A DNA stretch of 64,000 nt from Candidatus Azobacteroides sp. (GTDB lineage: Bacteria > Bacteroidota > Bacteroidia > Bacteroidales > WRGA01), in NCBI GenBank assembly GCA_009787405.1, contig WRGA01000123.1, forward strand, positions 8,369 to 72,368, given 5' to 3'. The notes beneath the pieces are model-generated. The model ran no database searches and had not been told where the DNA came from. It worked only from the letters and a program-made list of their open reading frames with translations. The position numbers and the translations under genes were made by a program. Each line of letters begins with the position of its first letter. Positions within the stretch are counted from its first letter, which is position 1. Positions 1-7,385 of the stretch are shown piece after piece.

Positions 1-1158
1 AATCACCCGCGGCTGTCCTACTTGCAATTCATATCCTTCGCGACGCATGGTTTCGATCAGTATGGAGAGGTGCAAAACTCCCCGTCCGTAAACAGTCCAA
101 ATATCTGCCGCTTCCGATTTTTCCACCTTCAATGCCAGATTCTTGTCCAATTCCCTCATCAACCGATCGTGAATATGCCGTGAGGTCACGTATTTTCCGT
201 CTTTTCCGAAAAACGGACTGTCGTTGATCGTAAACACCATGCTCATGGTCGGCTCGTCAATAGCAATCGGATCAAGCGGTTCCGGATTCTGAAGGTCGGT
301 GATCGTATCTCCGATTTCAAAACCTTCGATTCCGACCAATGCACAAATATCTCCGGAAGACACTTTATCAATTCTTGTCCTTCCGAGACCTTCGAACACG
401 TGCAACTCTTTGATGTGCGATTTCAGTATCGAACCGTCTCTTTTGCATAAAGCCACATCCATGCCTTCGCGCAATTCGCCTCTGTGTACGCGCCCCACGG
501 CGATACGTCCCACATATGATGAATAATCGAGCGAAGTAATCAACATTTGAGGAATTCCTTCGAGTTTTTTCGGTGCGGGAATGTATTCGATAATCGTATC
601 CAACAACGCAAAAATATCTTCTTTCGGCTCTTTCCGGTCGTTTGACATCCATCCCTGCTTGGCAGAACCGTAAATGGTCGGAAAATCCAATTGCTCTTCG
701 GTTGCATCCAAATTAAACATCAAATCAAACACCATCTCGTGCACTTCGTCAGGACGACAATTGGGTTTATCGACTTTATTGATGACTACGATCGGTTTTA
801 ATCCCAGGTTCAACGCTTTTTGCAATACAAAACGGGTTTGGGGCATCGGCCCTTCAAAAGCATCCACCAATAACAGGCAACCGTCAGCCATATTCAATAC
901 CCGTTCCACTTCTCCGCCGAAATCGGCATGTCCGGGAGTATCTATAATATTGATTTTATAATCTTTATAGGTGATGGAAACATTTTTGGAAAGAATGGTG
1001 ATTCCCCGTTCCCGTTCCAAATCGTTGCTATCGAGGATTAATTCGCCGGTTTGTTGATTTTCCCGGAATAAATGTCCGGCCAAAAGCATCTTATCGACTA
1101 ATGTCGTTTTACCATGGTCAACATGCGCTATGATCGCGATGTTTCTTATTTTTTGCAT
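1..1158 (-). CDS. typA: Translational GTPase TypA/BipA, N-terminal 386 codons (3' end runs off the left edge)
   Basis: Not in the ORF track because there is no stop inside the window. Hand translation of the minus strand from ATG 1158-1156 gives MQKIRNIAIIAHVDHGKTTLVDKMLLAGHLFRENQQTGELILDSNDLERERGITI, then IIDTPGHADFGGEVER and VINKVDKP. These are the G1/G3/G4 motifs of the EF-G/TypA family. The frame stays open to position 1. Confidence 0.9.
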   Translation of the reverse strand, partial: MQKIRNIAIIAHVDHGKTTLVDKMLLAGHLFRENQQTGELILDSNDLERERGITILSKNVSITYKDYKINIIDTPGHADFGGEVERVLNMADGCLLLVDAFEGPMPQTRFVLQKALNLGLKPIVVINKVDKPNCRPDEVHEMVFDLMFNLDATEEQLDFPTIYGSAKQGWMSNDRKEPKEDIFALLDTIIEYIPAPKKLEGIPQMLITSLDYSSYVGRIAVGRVHRGELREGMDVALCKRDGSILKSHIKELHVFEGLGRTRIDKVSSGDICALVGIEGFEIGDTITDLQNPEPLDPIAIDEPTMSMVFTINDSPFFGKDGKYVTSRHIHDRLMRELDKNLALKVEKSEAADIWTVYGRGVLHLSILIETMRREGYELQVGQPRVI

Positions 1159-1204
1159 ATCATACATCATAAAATTGGGGGTGCAAAGGTACGGAAAAAT
1201 ACAA

Positions 1205-1250
1205 CAATAAAAAAGGTTGCATCCTTCATTCATGCAACCTTATCTTTTTT
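1205..1250 (-). terminator. Stem-loop terminator downstream of the spt-like gene
   Basis: GGTTGCAT (1215-1222) pairs with ATGCAACC (1232-1239). An A-run and a T-run flank it, giving a U-tract on either strand. It sits between the spt stop (1263) and the typA start (1158). Confidence 0.5.
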
Positions 1251-1262
1251 ATCTTTTTATTA

Positions 1263-2468
1263 TCATACCGTAACGGATTGTTGTTTGATCAGACCATGTT
1301 TGAGAAAACATTTTTGAACTTTCCCGATGGCAAAGTTCAACTGTTCTTTGGTGTGCGTGGCCATTAACGAGAACCGGATCAAGGTATCACCGGGCGATAC
1401 CGCCGGAGAAACAACCGGATTGACAAACACGCCCTCATCCAGCAATTCGCACGTAATGCGGAACGTTTTTTCATTGTCGCGGATATACAGCGGAATGATG
1501 GGAGTTTTCGTGTGGCCGATTTCACAACCGATGGCCCGGAATCCGTCCAATGCATAATGAGTCAAATCCCACAAACGCTCCATTCGTTCGGGTTCCGACA
1601 ACATAATATCCAATGCGGCGGAAGCCGCGGCAACGGAGGCGGGAGTACAACTTGCGCTGAAAATATACGACCGGGAATGATGGCGCAAATATTCGGTGAT
1701 GATTTTATCCGTGGCAATAAATCCGCCCAAGGAAGCAAACGATTTGCTGAACGTTCCCATGATCAGATCCACACCATCGACTACGTCAAAATGATTGCAC
1801 GATCCACGTCCATGGTCGCCCAACACGCCGATTCCGTGAGCTTCGTCCACCATGACGGAAGCATTATATTTCTTTGCAAGTTCCACGATGCCGGGCAAAT
1901 TCGCGATATCGCCTTCCATGCTGAAAACCCCGTCTGTAACGATCAGTTTTACTTTATCGGAATCACAAGACATCAAACATTTTTCTAATGAATCCATGTC
2001 ATTGTGCTTATATTTCAATGCATTGGAAAACGAAAGTCTCCGTCCCTCAATAATTGATGCGTGGTCCAATTCATCAAGAATAAGATAATCTCCCCTTCCG
2101 GTCAAACAAGAAACAACCCCCAAATTCACCTGAAAACCGGTGGAATATATAATGGCATCTTCCTTCCCGACAAATTCGGCGAGCCTTCTTTCCAATTCAA
2201 TATGAATATCCAAAGTACCGTTTAAAAAACGGGAACCGGCACATCCTGTCCCGTATTTTTCAATCGCATGAATAGCCGCCTCTTTTACTTTCGGGTGGTT
2301 TGTCAATCCCAAATAACTGTTGGAACCGAACATCAATACTTTTTTACCTCCGATAATCACTTCCGTGCCTTGTTCACTCTCAATTTTTCGAAAATACGGA
2401 TAAATGCCTTTTGCTTTTACTATTTGAGACTCATCGTATTTAGCAAGTTTTTGTTGTAATAAATTCAT
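1263..2468 (-). CDS. spt: Alpha-oxoamine synthase (PLP-dependent), most likely serine palmitoyltransferase
   Basis: ORF track 1263..2495, with the start trimmed to the Met of MNLLQQKL. Motifs seen: GSNSYLGL, DEAHG and the PLP-lysine motif GTFSKS. The N-terminus (LLQQKLAKYD..GIYPYFRKIESEQGTEV) resembles Bacteroidota SPT rather than BioF/Kbl as I remember them. The family call is firm; the SPT call is from memory, not a search. Confidence 0.75.
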   Translation of the reverse strand: MNLLQQKLAKYDESQIVKAKGIYPYFRKIESEQGTEVIIGGKKVLMFGSNSYLGLTNHPKVKEAAIHAIEKYGTGCAGSRFLNGTLDIHIELERRLAEFVGKEDAIIYSTGFQVNLGVVSCLTGRGDYLILDELDHASIIEGRRLSFSNALKYKHNDMDSLEKCLMSCDSDKVKLIVTDGVFSMEGDIANLPGIVELAKKYNASVMVDEAHGIGVLGDHGRGSCNHFDVVDGVDLIMGTFSKSFASLGGFIATDKIITEYLRHHSRSYIFSASCTPASVAAASAALDIMLSEPERMERLWDLTHYALDGFRAIGCEIGHTKTPIIPLYIRDNEKTFRITCELLDEGVFVNPVVSPAVSPGDTLIRFSLMATHTKEQLNFAIGKVQKCFLKHGLIKQQSVTV

Positions 2469-2538
2469 ACGAATCGATAAATAATTAGGTATCAACTATA
2501 TGCATGGAGTAAAAAAAACACCCGCAAAAACAGGCTGG

Positions 2539-2546
2539 CAAAGGTA
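2539..2546 (-). promoter_or_regulatory. Candidate Bacteroidota -7 promoter box (TAnnTTTG) for spt
   Basis: The minus strand reads TACCTTTG, an exact match to the TAnnTTTG consensus, about 70 nt upstream of the ATG at 2468. Confidence 0.3.
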
Positions 2547-2687
2547 GTAAAAAAACAAAATCCGCCAAAAGATTTCCGGATTTTAATTCTTTCTCTTAAT
2601 TTTCAATAAAATATGTTCAATATGAATTGGATCCTTCCATTTTAAAAAAAATATTCCGGTAAAAATTATCGGTATCAATAAGTCTTT

Positions 2688-2695
2688 TAACTTTG
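2688..2695 (+). promoter_or_regulatory. Candidate -7 promoter box (TAnnTTTG) for the lipid kinase gene
   Basis: TAACTTTG on the plus strand, 46 nt upstream of the ATG at 2741. Confidence 0.3.
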
Positions 2696-2740
2696 TAGAA
2701 AATTATGTACTTATTTCAATAGTACAATGTTAATCATTTT

Positions 2741-3634
2741 ATGAACGAAAAAAAGAGCGTACTTGTCATCATTAATCCGATAGCGGGAACTTCTCCGAAA
2801 AATCAAATTCCTTCTGTATTGGCTAAACGATTGAATCCGGCTCAATATACCGTCGATATACAATTCTCTGAATATAAGGGACATGCAGGTGTTTTGGCCA
2901 AACAGGCCGTCGACAATCGATACCATTATGTATTGGCGGTAGGAGGAGACGGAACGGTTAACGAGATTGCGCGAAATTTAGTTCATACCGATACGGCACT
3001 GGCTATTATTCCGTCCGGTTCGGGTAACGGCTTGGCCCGGCATTTGGGTATTTCTCTGCAAATATCAAAGGCCGTTGATGTTTTTCTTGCCGAAAATGTG
3101 ACTCCGGTCGATTATTGCAAAGCGAACGACACGTTCTTTTTTTGTACTTTCGGGGTCGGCTTGGACGCTAAAGTGAGTCAGGCTTTTTCTCAAAGGAAAA
3201 CCCGCGGATTGCATTCTTATCTGACCGGAGCCATCACCGAATTTGCCAAACTGAAACCTGAATCATACAAGATCACTCCCGAAAATGAAAAAATGTTCCT
3301 GCAAAAGGCGTTGTTCATTACTTGCGCCAATGCATCCCAATGGGGATACAATGTGTATGTGGCACCTACTGCAAGTGTTCAGGACGGATTGTTGGACATG
3401 GTTATTCTTCTGCCTTTCCCGATATACGACGCGGCGCCTTTAGGGGTTCAGTTGCTGACCAAAAATCTGGATAAAAGTAATTATGTAAAAGTTATCAAAA
3501 CCCGTCATGTGACGATCGAACGGGAAAAGGAAGGGGTGGCTCATGTAGACGGAGAACCGATCTTTATGGGAAAGAAAATAGAAATCAATAATATCAGAGG
3601 TGGGCTGAAAGCGTTGGTGCCGAGGAAAATATGA
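2741..3634 (+). CDS. Lipid kinase of the DAGK-catalytic / LCB5 / YegS family
   Basis: 297 aa. Motifs seen: VLVIINPIAG, nucleotide-binding GGDGTVNE, PSGSGNG and a C-terminal VDGEP. Confidence 0.85.
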   Translation: MNEKKSVLVIINPIAGTSPKNQIPSVLAKRLNPAQYTVDIQFSEYKGHAGVLAKQAVDNRYHYVLAVGGDGTVNEIARNLVHTDTALAIIPSGSGNGLARHLGISLQISKAVDVFLAENVTPVDYCKANDTFFFCTFGVGLDAKVSQAFSQRKTRGLHSYLTGAITEFAKLKPESYKITPENEKMFLQKALFITCANASQWGYNVYVAPTASVQDGLLDMVILLPFPIYDAAPLGVQLLTKNLDKSNYVKVIKTRHVTIEREKEGVAHVDGEPIFMGKKIEINNIRGGLKALVPRKI

Positions 3635-3639
3635 GGAAA

Positions 3640-3684
3640 GTTAAGAATTAAGAGTTAAGAGTTAAGAGTTAAGAGTTAAGAGTT
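3640..3684. repeat. Heptamer array (G)TTAAGA x about 6
   Basis: gttaagaattaagagttaagagttaagagttaagagttaagagttg lies directly after the kinase stop codon. Confidence 0.9.
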
Positions 3685-3811
3685 GATAAATGTGGGTGTA
3701 TATCAATGTTCTGAATGTGGCAGAGAATTTTTGTCGGGTGCAAAATTCTGATGGTTTTGGTAACCGAAGATGGTAGAAGATCAGTCGATAAAACGGCAAA
3801 TACTCAAGTAA

Positions 3812-3952
3812 TAAGTATGTCGTAAAAACCGGTTTATATTTTAAACGCGAAGTCGCAAAGGAGGAAAGACGCGAAGTTTAAATTCTTTGTAGTTTTGTGT
3901 GTTTGCTTCTTTGCGTTTAAAATAGTAGATATTAAATTCTGCCGGGTACTTA
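3812..3952 (+). repeat. Rep-135 copy A (ad hoc name): imperfect palindromic intergenic element of about 135 bp
   Basis: TAAGTATG..GTAAAAACCGGTTTATATTTTAAACGCGAAGTCGCAAAG..GACGCGAAGTTTAAATTCTTTG..CTTTGCGTTTAAAATAGTAGATATTAAATTCTGCC..GTACTTA. The ends are inverted (TAAGTATG / GTACTTA). Internal arms AAACGCGAAG / CTTTGCGTTT and GCAAAG / CTTTGC pair. Confidence 0.85.
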
Positions 3953-3987
3953 GACAAAAATATGTTTAATCAATAAATTTAAAAATC

Positions 3988-4362
3988 ATGTATTGTCCAA
4001 ATTGTCAAAGTCAAAATGAAGAAAACGCACAATTCTGCAGAAACTGCGGCTCGAATTTGTGGTATACGCCAGATTTGAAACAAGATAACGATGTATTGCT
4101 GTTGGTCTATATTCTCATAGCATTTTTTGCCGCTGTTGTTCAATTCGTAATTCAAAGAGTTTTTTCAATATCTTATTTTGGGAAATCACCTTGGATATAT
4201 GTTATGGGGTTAATTTGGATTATATCCAATATCAGTTTAATTCTACCTGCATTAGCAATAAAAAACAAATCATTGAAAATTATCGGTATTATTTTTGCCG
4301 CGATAATTATAATCTATCACGCATACGGAAATATTGAATTTATGTTTAATAATTTTAAATGA
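3988..4362 (+). CDS. Zinc-ribbon domain membrane protein
   Basis: 124 aa. It has an N-terminal CPNC-x10-CRNC zinc ribbon followed by hydrophobic helices. The stop codon TGA (4360-4362) lies inside the terminal inverted repeat of the adjacent MITE. Confidence 0.6.
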   Translation: MYCPNCQSQNEENAQFCRNCGSNLWYTPDLKQDNDVLLLVYILIAFFAAVVQFVIQRVFSISYFGKSPWIYVMGLIWIISNISLILPALAIKNKSLKIIGIIFAAIIIIYHAYGNIEFMFNNFK

Positions 4363-4629
4363 TTATCGGATGTTATGCCCGGTTCTCCCTGCAGGGAGAG
4401 GCAAAAAATGTGTCAATGTTTCAAAATATTCGTCTTTTTTTGTCCCGCCGGGGACATTATATCGGTAGAAAAACACCACACCCCTTCACCCCTTGTCCCG
4501 CCGGGGACAAAATGTTTTCCCTAACGGGACGGAAAACAACATTTTTTAGAACGGATTTTTCAAAAAAACGAATATTACATTTTTACATCCTACTTGGGGG
4601 TAGATAGGTGCAACATCCGATAATCATTT
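4357..4629 (+). mobile_element. TIR-MITE copy 1 (273 bp, non-autonomous)
   Basis: A perfect 18-bp terminal inverted repeat: AAATGATTATCGGATGTT (4357-4374) and AACATCCGATAATCATTT (4612-4629). The interior is built from GTCCC-N4-GGGAC hairpins. Near-identical ends recur at 21331 and 24517. Confidence 0.85.
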
Positions 4630-4744
4630 AATTTTATTAATTAAAATAACCGGAATAATATACGCCCCCTGATAAACGGGTTGGTGCCGAGAGTTATATT
4701 ACGTACCTGCGGCACGTTGTGTGGTTATGGGGGGTATGCATCAT

Positions 4745-4777
4745 TCTACCAATATTTTGTTCCTGACGGAACAATGT
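4745..4777. repeat. Solo CTACCAATAT / GT(T/C)CC-N4-GG(A/G)AC hairpin unit
   Basis: The sequence reads ctaccaatattttgttcctgacggaacaatgtt. Confidence 0.7.
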
Positions 4778-4803
4778 TATTATTGACACTAATCATCGAA
4801 TAC

Positions 4804-4863
4804 AAACATAACACAAAACAGGATGAATCCATGAAAAGATTCATCCTGTTTTGTGTTATGTTT
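4804..4863 (-). terminator. Perfect 26-bp stem-loop immediately after nuoL
   Basis: aaacataacacaaaacaggatgaatc (4804-4829) pairs with gattcatcctgttttgtgttatgttt (4838-4863) around an 8-nt loop. It starts 8 nt downstream of the nuoL stop (4872-4874). Confidence 0.6.
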
Positions 4864-4871
4864 CGGCTTGA

Positions 4872-6776
4872 TTATAAGAAAATTGCCAGACTTGCAATGA
4901 TAACCGCACCCATGATAAATACCCAAACGTATTGTTGGACATTCCCGGATTGAAATTCTTTGATGGCTCCCGAAGTTTTGTATACCCAAAACGCCTGAAA
5001 ATTCATAAATCCGTCCACGACATGACGATCGAACCATGCAACCGGTTCACAAATACGTTTAAAAATGATACTTTTGGTAATGAACAGATATAATTCGTCG
5101 AAATAGAATTTATGATACGCCCATCGGTAAACGATGCCGAATCCGGATGCAACTTTATCCGAAAGATTACTCCCGCTTTTATAAATCCATGTCGCTATAC
5201 CTATCCCTGCCAATGCGATGCAAATGGAAGGAACGGCCACCGTCCAATCGATATGATGTCCGAATCCGATTCCGTCACTTGTAACTAATTCGGAAAACGG
5301 CACTAATCCGGCTACAATCGTCAATACCGCCAAGAACACAAGCGGACCAGTCATCACCGCTCCTACTTCGTGCGGCTGATGATGATAATGACCGGTTTTA
5401 CCCCAAAATATGTTGTAATATAATCGGAACATATAGAATGCCGTCAGGCCTGCAACCAAAAATTGACAGGCAAAAACTATTTTATCGGCATGTAAAGCGG
5501 CCACCATGATTTCGTCTTTACTGAAAAATCCCGAGAACGGAGGGATTCCGGCGATCGACAGACAAGCGATCAAAAACGTAATGTGCGTAACCGGCATAAA
5601 CTTCCGTAATCCGCCCATATCCTTCATCTCATTGCTGTGAACAGCATGGATGACGGCTCCCGCACACAGGAACAACAAGGCTTTGAAGAATGCGTGTGTA
5701 AATAAATGGAACATGGATGCCATGTATCCCAATCCGTTATGTCCGCCATAACCCGAAACACCCAAAGCAACAAGCATGTACGCAATTTGAGAAATGGTTG
5801 AAAAGGCCAGCACCCGCTTGATGTCTGTCTGCGTACAAGCCACAACAGCCGCAAACAAGGAGGTCGCCGCACCCACATAGGCAATCCCGTGAAGCACTCC
5901 CGGAGTGATAAAGTAATAAACCGGAAAAAATCGTGCCACCAAATATACTCCGGCCACCACCATCGTTGCGGCGTGAATAAGCGCCGAAACAGGCGTGGGG
6001 CCTTCCATGGCATCGGGTAACCAAATGTGCAGCGGAAGCATGGCCGATTTTCCGGCGCCTCCGATAAAAATCAATGCCATGGCCCAGGTAAATACCGATA
6101 ATCCCATAAAAGAAGGGCCGACCGAACTTGCGACCAACGCGGCATGATTATCGGTCAATGCGGTAAAATCAAACGTGTTGGTATAATACGACAGGAATAA
6201 AATTCCGATCAAAAAGCCCAAATCGGCAAAGCGGGTCACAATAAACGCTTTTTTTGCGGCAGCCACCGCCGAAGGTTTGGTATAGTAAAATCCGATGAGC
6301 GAGTAGGACGAAACTCCCACCAGTTCCCAGAAAATATACATCTGAAAGATATTGCCGGCAACCACCAATCCCAACATCGAGAAGGTAAACAAAGATAACA
6401 GAGCATAATAACGCTGAAATCCGGATTCACCCTTCATGTACCCTATACTGTAAATATGCACCATCAGCGATACAGTGGTGATCACCACCAGCATCATTAC
6501 CGAAATCGGATCCAAAAGGATTCCCAAATGCACCCTCAATGTTTCGGTAAACTTGAGCCAAAGCACGTCATAAGGTTGTATTTGCCGGAATACGTCGTCG
6601 ACTTTTCCCTCCACAAAAAAATACCGGTAAGCAATAAAATAGGACAAACAGGTAATGACAACCAACCCTAATGTCCCGAGCAGCCCCGCAACTTTAACAG
6701 ACATTTTATGTCCCGCCAATCCCAACAGCAAGAACATAAAAAAAGGTATCGCGATGATAAAAATACTACAATCCAT
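4872..6776 (-). CDS. nuoL: NADH-quinone oxidoreductase subunit L
   Basis: 634-aa polytopic membrane protein of the NuoL/Mrp antiporter-like family, placed after nuoK in the operon. Confidence 0.9.
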   Translation of the reverse strand: MDCSIFIIAIPFFMFLLLGLAGHKMSVKVAGLLGTLGLVVITCLSYFIAYRYFFVEGKVDDVFRQIQPYDVLWLKFTETLRVHLGILLDPISVMMLVVITTVSLMVHIYSIGYMKGESGFQRYYALLSLFTFSMLGLVVAGNIFQMYIFWELVGVSSYSLIGFYYTKPSAVAAAKKAFIVTRFADLGFLIGILFLSYYTNTFDFTALTDNHAALVASSVGPSFMGLSVFTWAMALIFIGGAGKSAMLPLHIWLPDAMEGPTPVSALIHAATMVVAGVYLVARFFPVYYFITPGVLHGIAYVGAATSLFAAVVACTQTDIKRVLAFSTISQIAYMLVALGVSGYGGHNGLGYMASMFHLFTHAFFKALLFLCAGAVIHAVHSNEMKDMGGLRKFMPVTHITFLIACLSIAGIPPFSGFFSKDEIMVAALHADKIVFACQFLVAGLTAFYMFRLYYNIFWGKTGHYHHQPHEVGAVMTGPLVFLAVLTIVAGLVPFSELVTSDGIGFGHHIDWTVAVPSICIALAGIGIATWIYKSGSNLSDKVASGFGIVYRWAYHKFYFDELYLFITKSIIFKRICEPVAWFDRHVVDGFMNFQAFWVYKTSGAIKEFQSGNVQQYVWVFIMGAVIIASLAIFL

Positions 6777-6785
6777 ATCTTTTTC

Positions 6786-6862
6786 AGTTAAGAGTTAAGA
6801 GTTAAGAGTTAAGAGTTGAAGTAATTTTAAACTTTTAACTCTTAATTCTTAACTCTTAACTT
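6786..6862. repeat. Heptamer-array hairpin (TTAAGAG arm / CTCTTAA arm) in the nuoK-nuoL spacer
   Basis: agttaagagttaagagttaagagttaagagttgaag..aacttttaactcttaattcttaactcttaac; the two arms are complementary. Confidence 0.85.
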
Positions 6863-6869
6863 TATTATA

Positions 6870-7181
6870 TTAGTTTTTCATTTTATTGAGATTCTTAATA
6901 TCGATGTTTTGAATATTGCGGTAAATGTTGATAATGATGGCAATGGCAACAGCCGTTTCCGCAGCGGATACCGCAATGGCAAAAAGGGTAAAGAAAAATC
7001 CCTCCATTTGTTCCGGATATAAAAAACGATTGAAAACGACAAAGTTTATATCAACCGCATTCAAAATCAATTCTAAAGAAATCAGGATAGTAAGTGTGTT
7101 TCGACGGGAGATAAACCCATACACTCCCGCAAAAAACATGATGGTACTCACCACCAGATATAATTCCATCGGAATGTCCAT
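6870..7181 (-). CDS. nuoK: NADH-quinone oxidoreductase subunit K
   Basis: 103 aa with three TM helices. The ISLELILNAVDINF and SAAETAVAIAII motifs are typical of NuoK. Confidence 0.9.
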   Translation of the reverse strand: MDIPMELYLVVSTIMFFAGVYGFISRRNTLTILISLELILNAVDINFVVFNRFLYPEQMEGFFFTLFAIAVSAAETAVAIAIIINIYRNIQNIDIKNLNKMKN

Positions 7182-7200
7182 ATTTTTGATTATTGATTGT

Positions 7201-7343
7201 TAAGCATGTGGTAAAAAACAGTATATATTTTAAACGCCGAGTCGCAAAGCCGGAAAGACGCGAAATTTAAATTTTCTTTGCGAATTTGTGTCTTTGCATC
7301 TTTGCGGTTGAAATAATATAAATTAAATTCCGGCATATATTTA
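7201..7343 (+). repeat. Rep-135 copy B, inside the nuo operon (nuoJ-nuoK spacer)
   Basis: TAAGCATG..TATATTTTAAACGCCGAGTCGCAAAGCCGGAAAGACGCGAAATTTAAATTTTCTTTGCG..CTTTGCGGTTGAAATAATATAAATTAAATTCCGGCATATATTTA. It has the same orientation as copy A. Confidence 0.85.
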
Positions 7344-7385
7344 GTTTTTTTATTTGTATGCGGTTTAACGGCAATACCGGTAAAA

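Noticed and set aside
3640-3684. TTAAGAG tandem arrays (also at 6786, 8419, 45982, 50171) considered as possible CRISPR arrays
   Set aside because: The period is only 7 nt with no unique spacers, the arrays are 40-80 bp long, and no cas genes are present. They behave as simple-sequence hairpin arms.
4359-4607. ORF-track peptides inside the MITE copies (4359..4607, 21333..21563, 21344..21583, 24569..24838) whose N-termini look conserved
   Set aside because: The conservation simply reflects repeated DNA. The frames differ between copies after indels. The sequences are low-complexity and palindrome-derived (FYQY.VPDGT is read from GTCCC hairpins) and have no start context.
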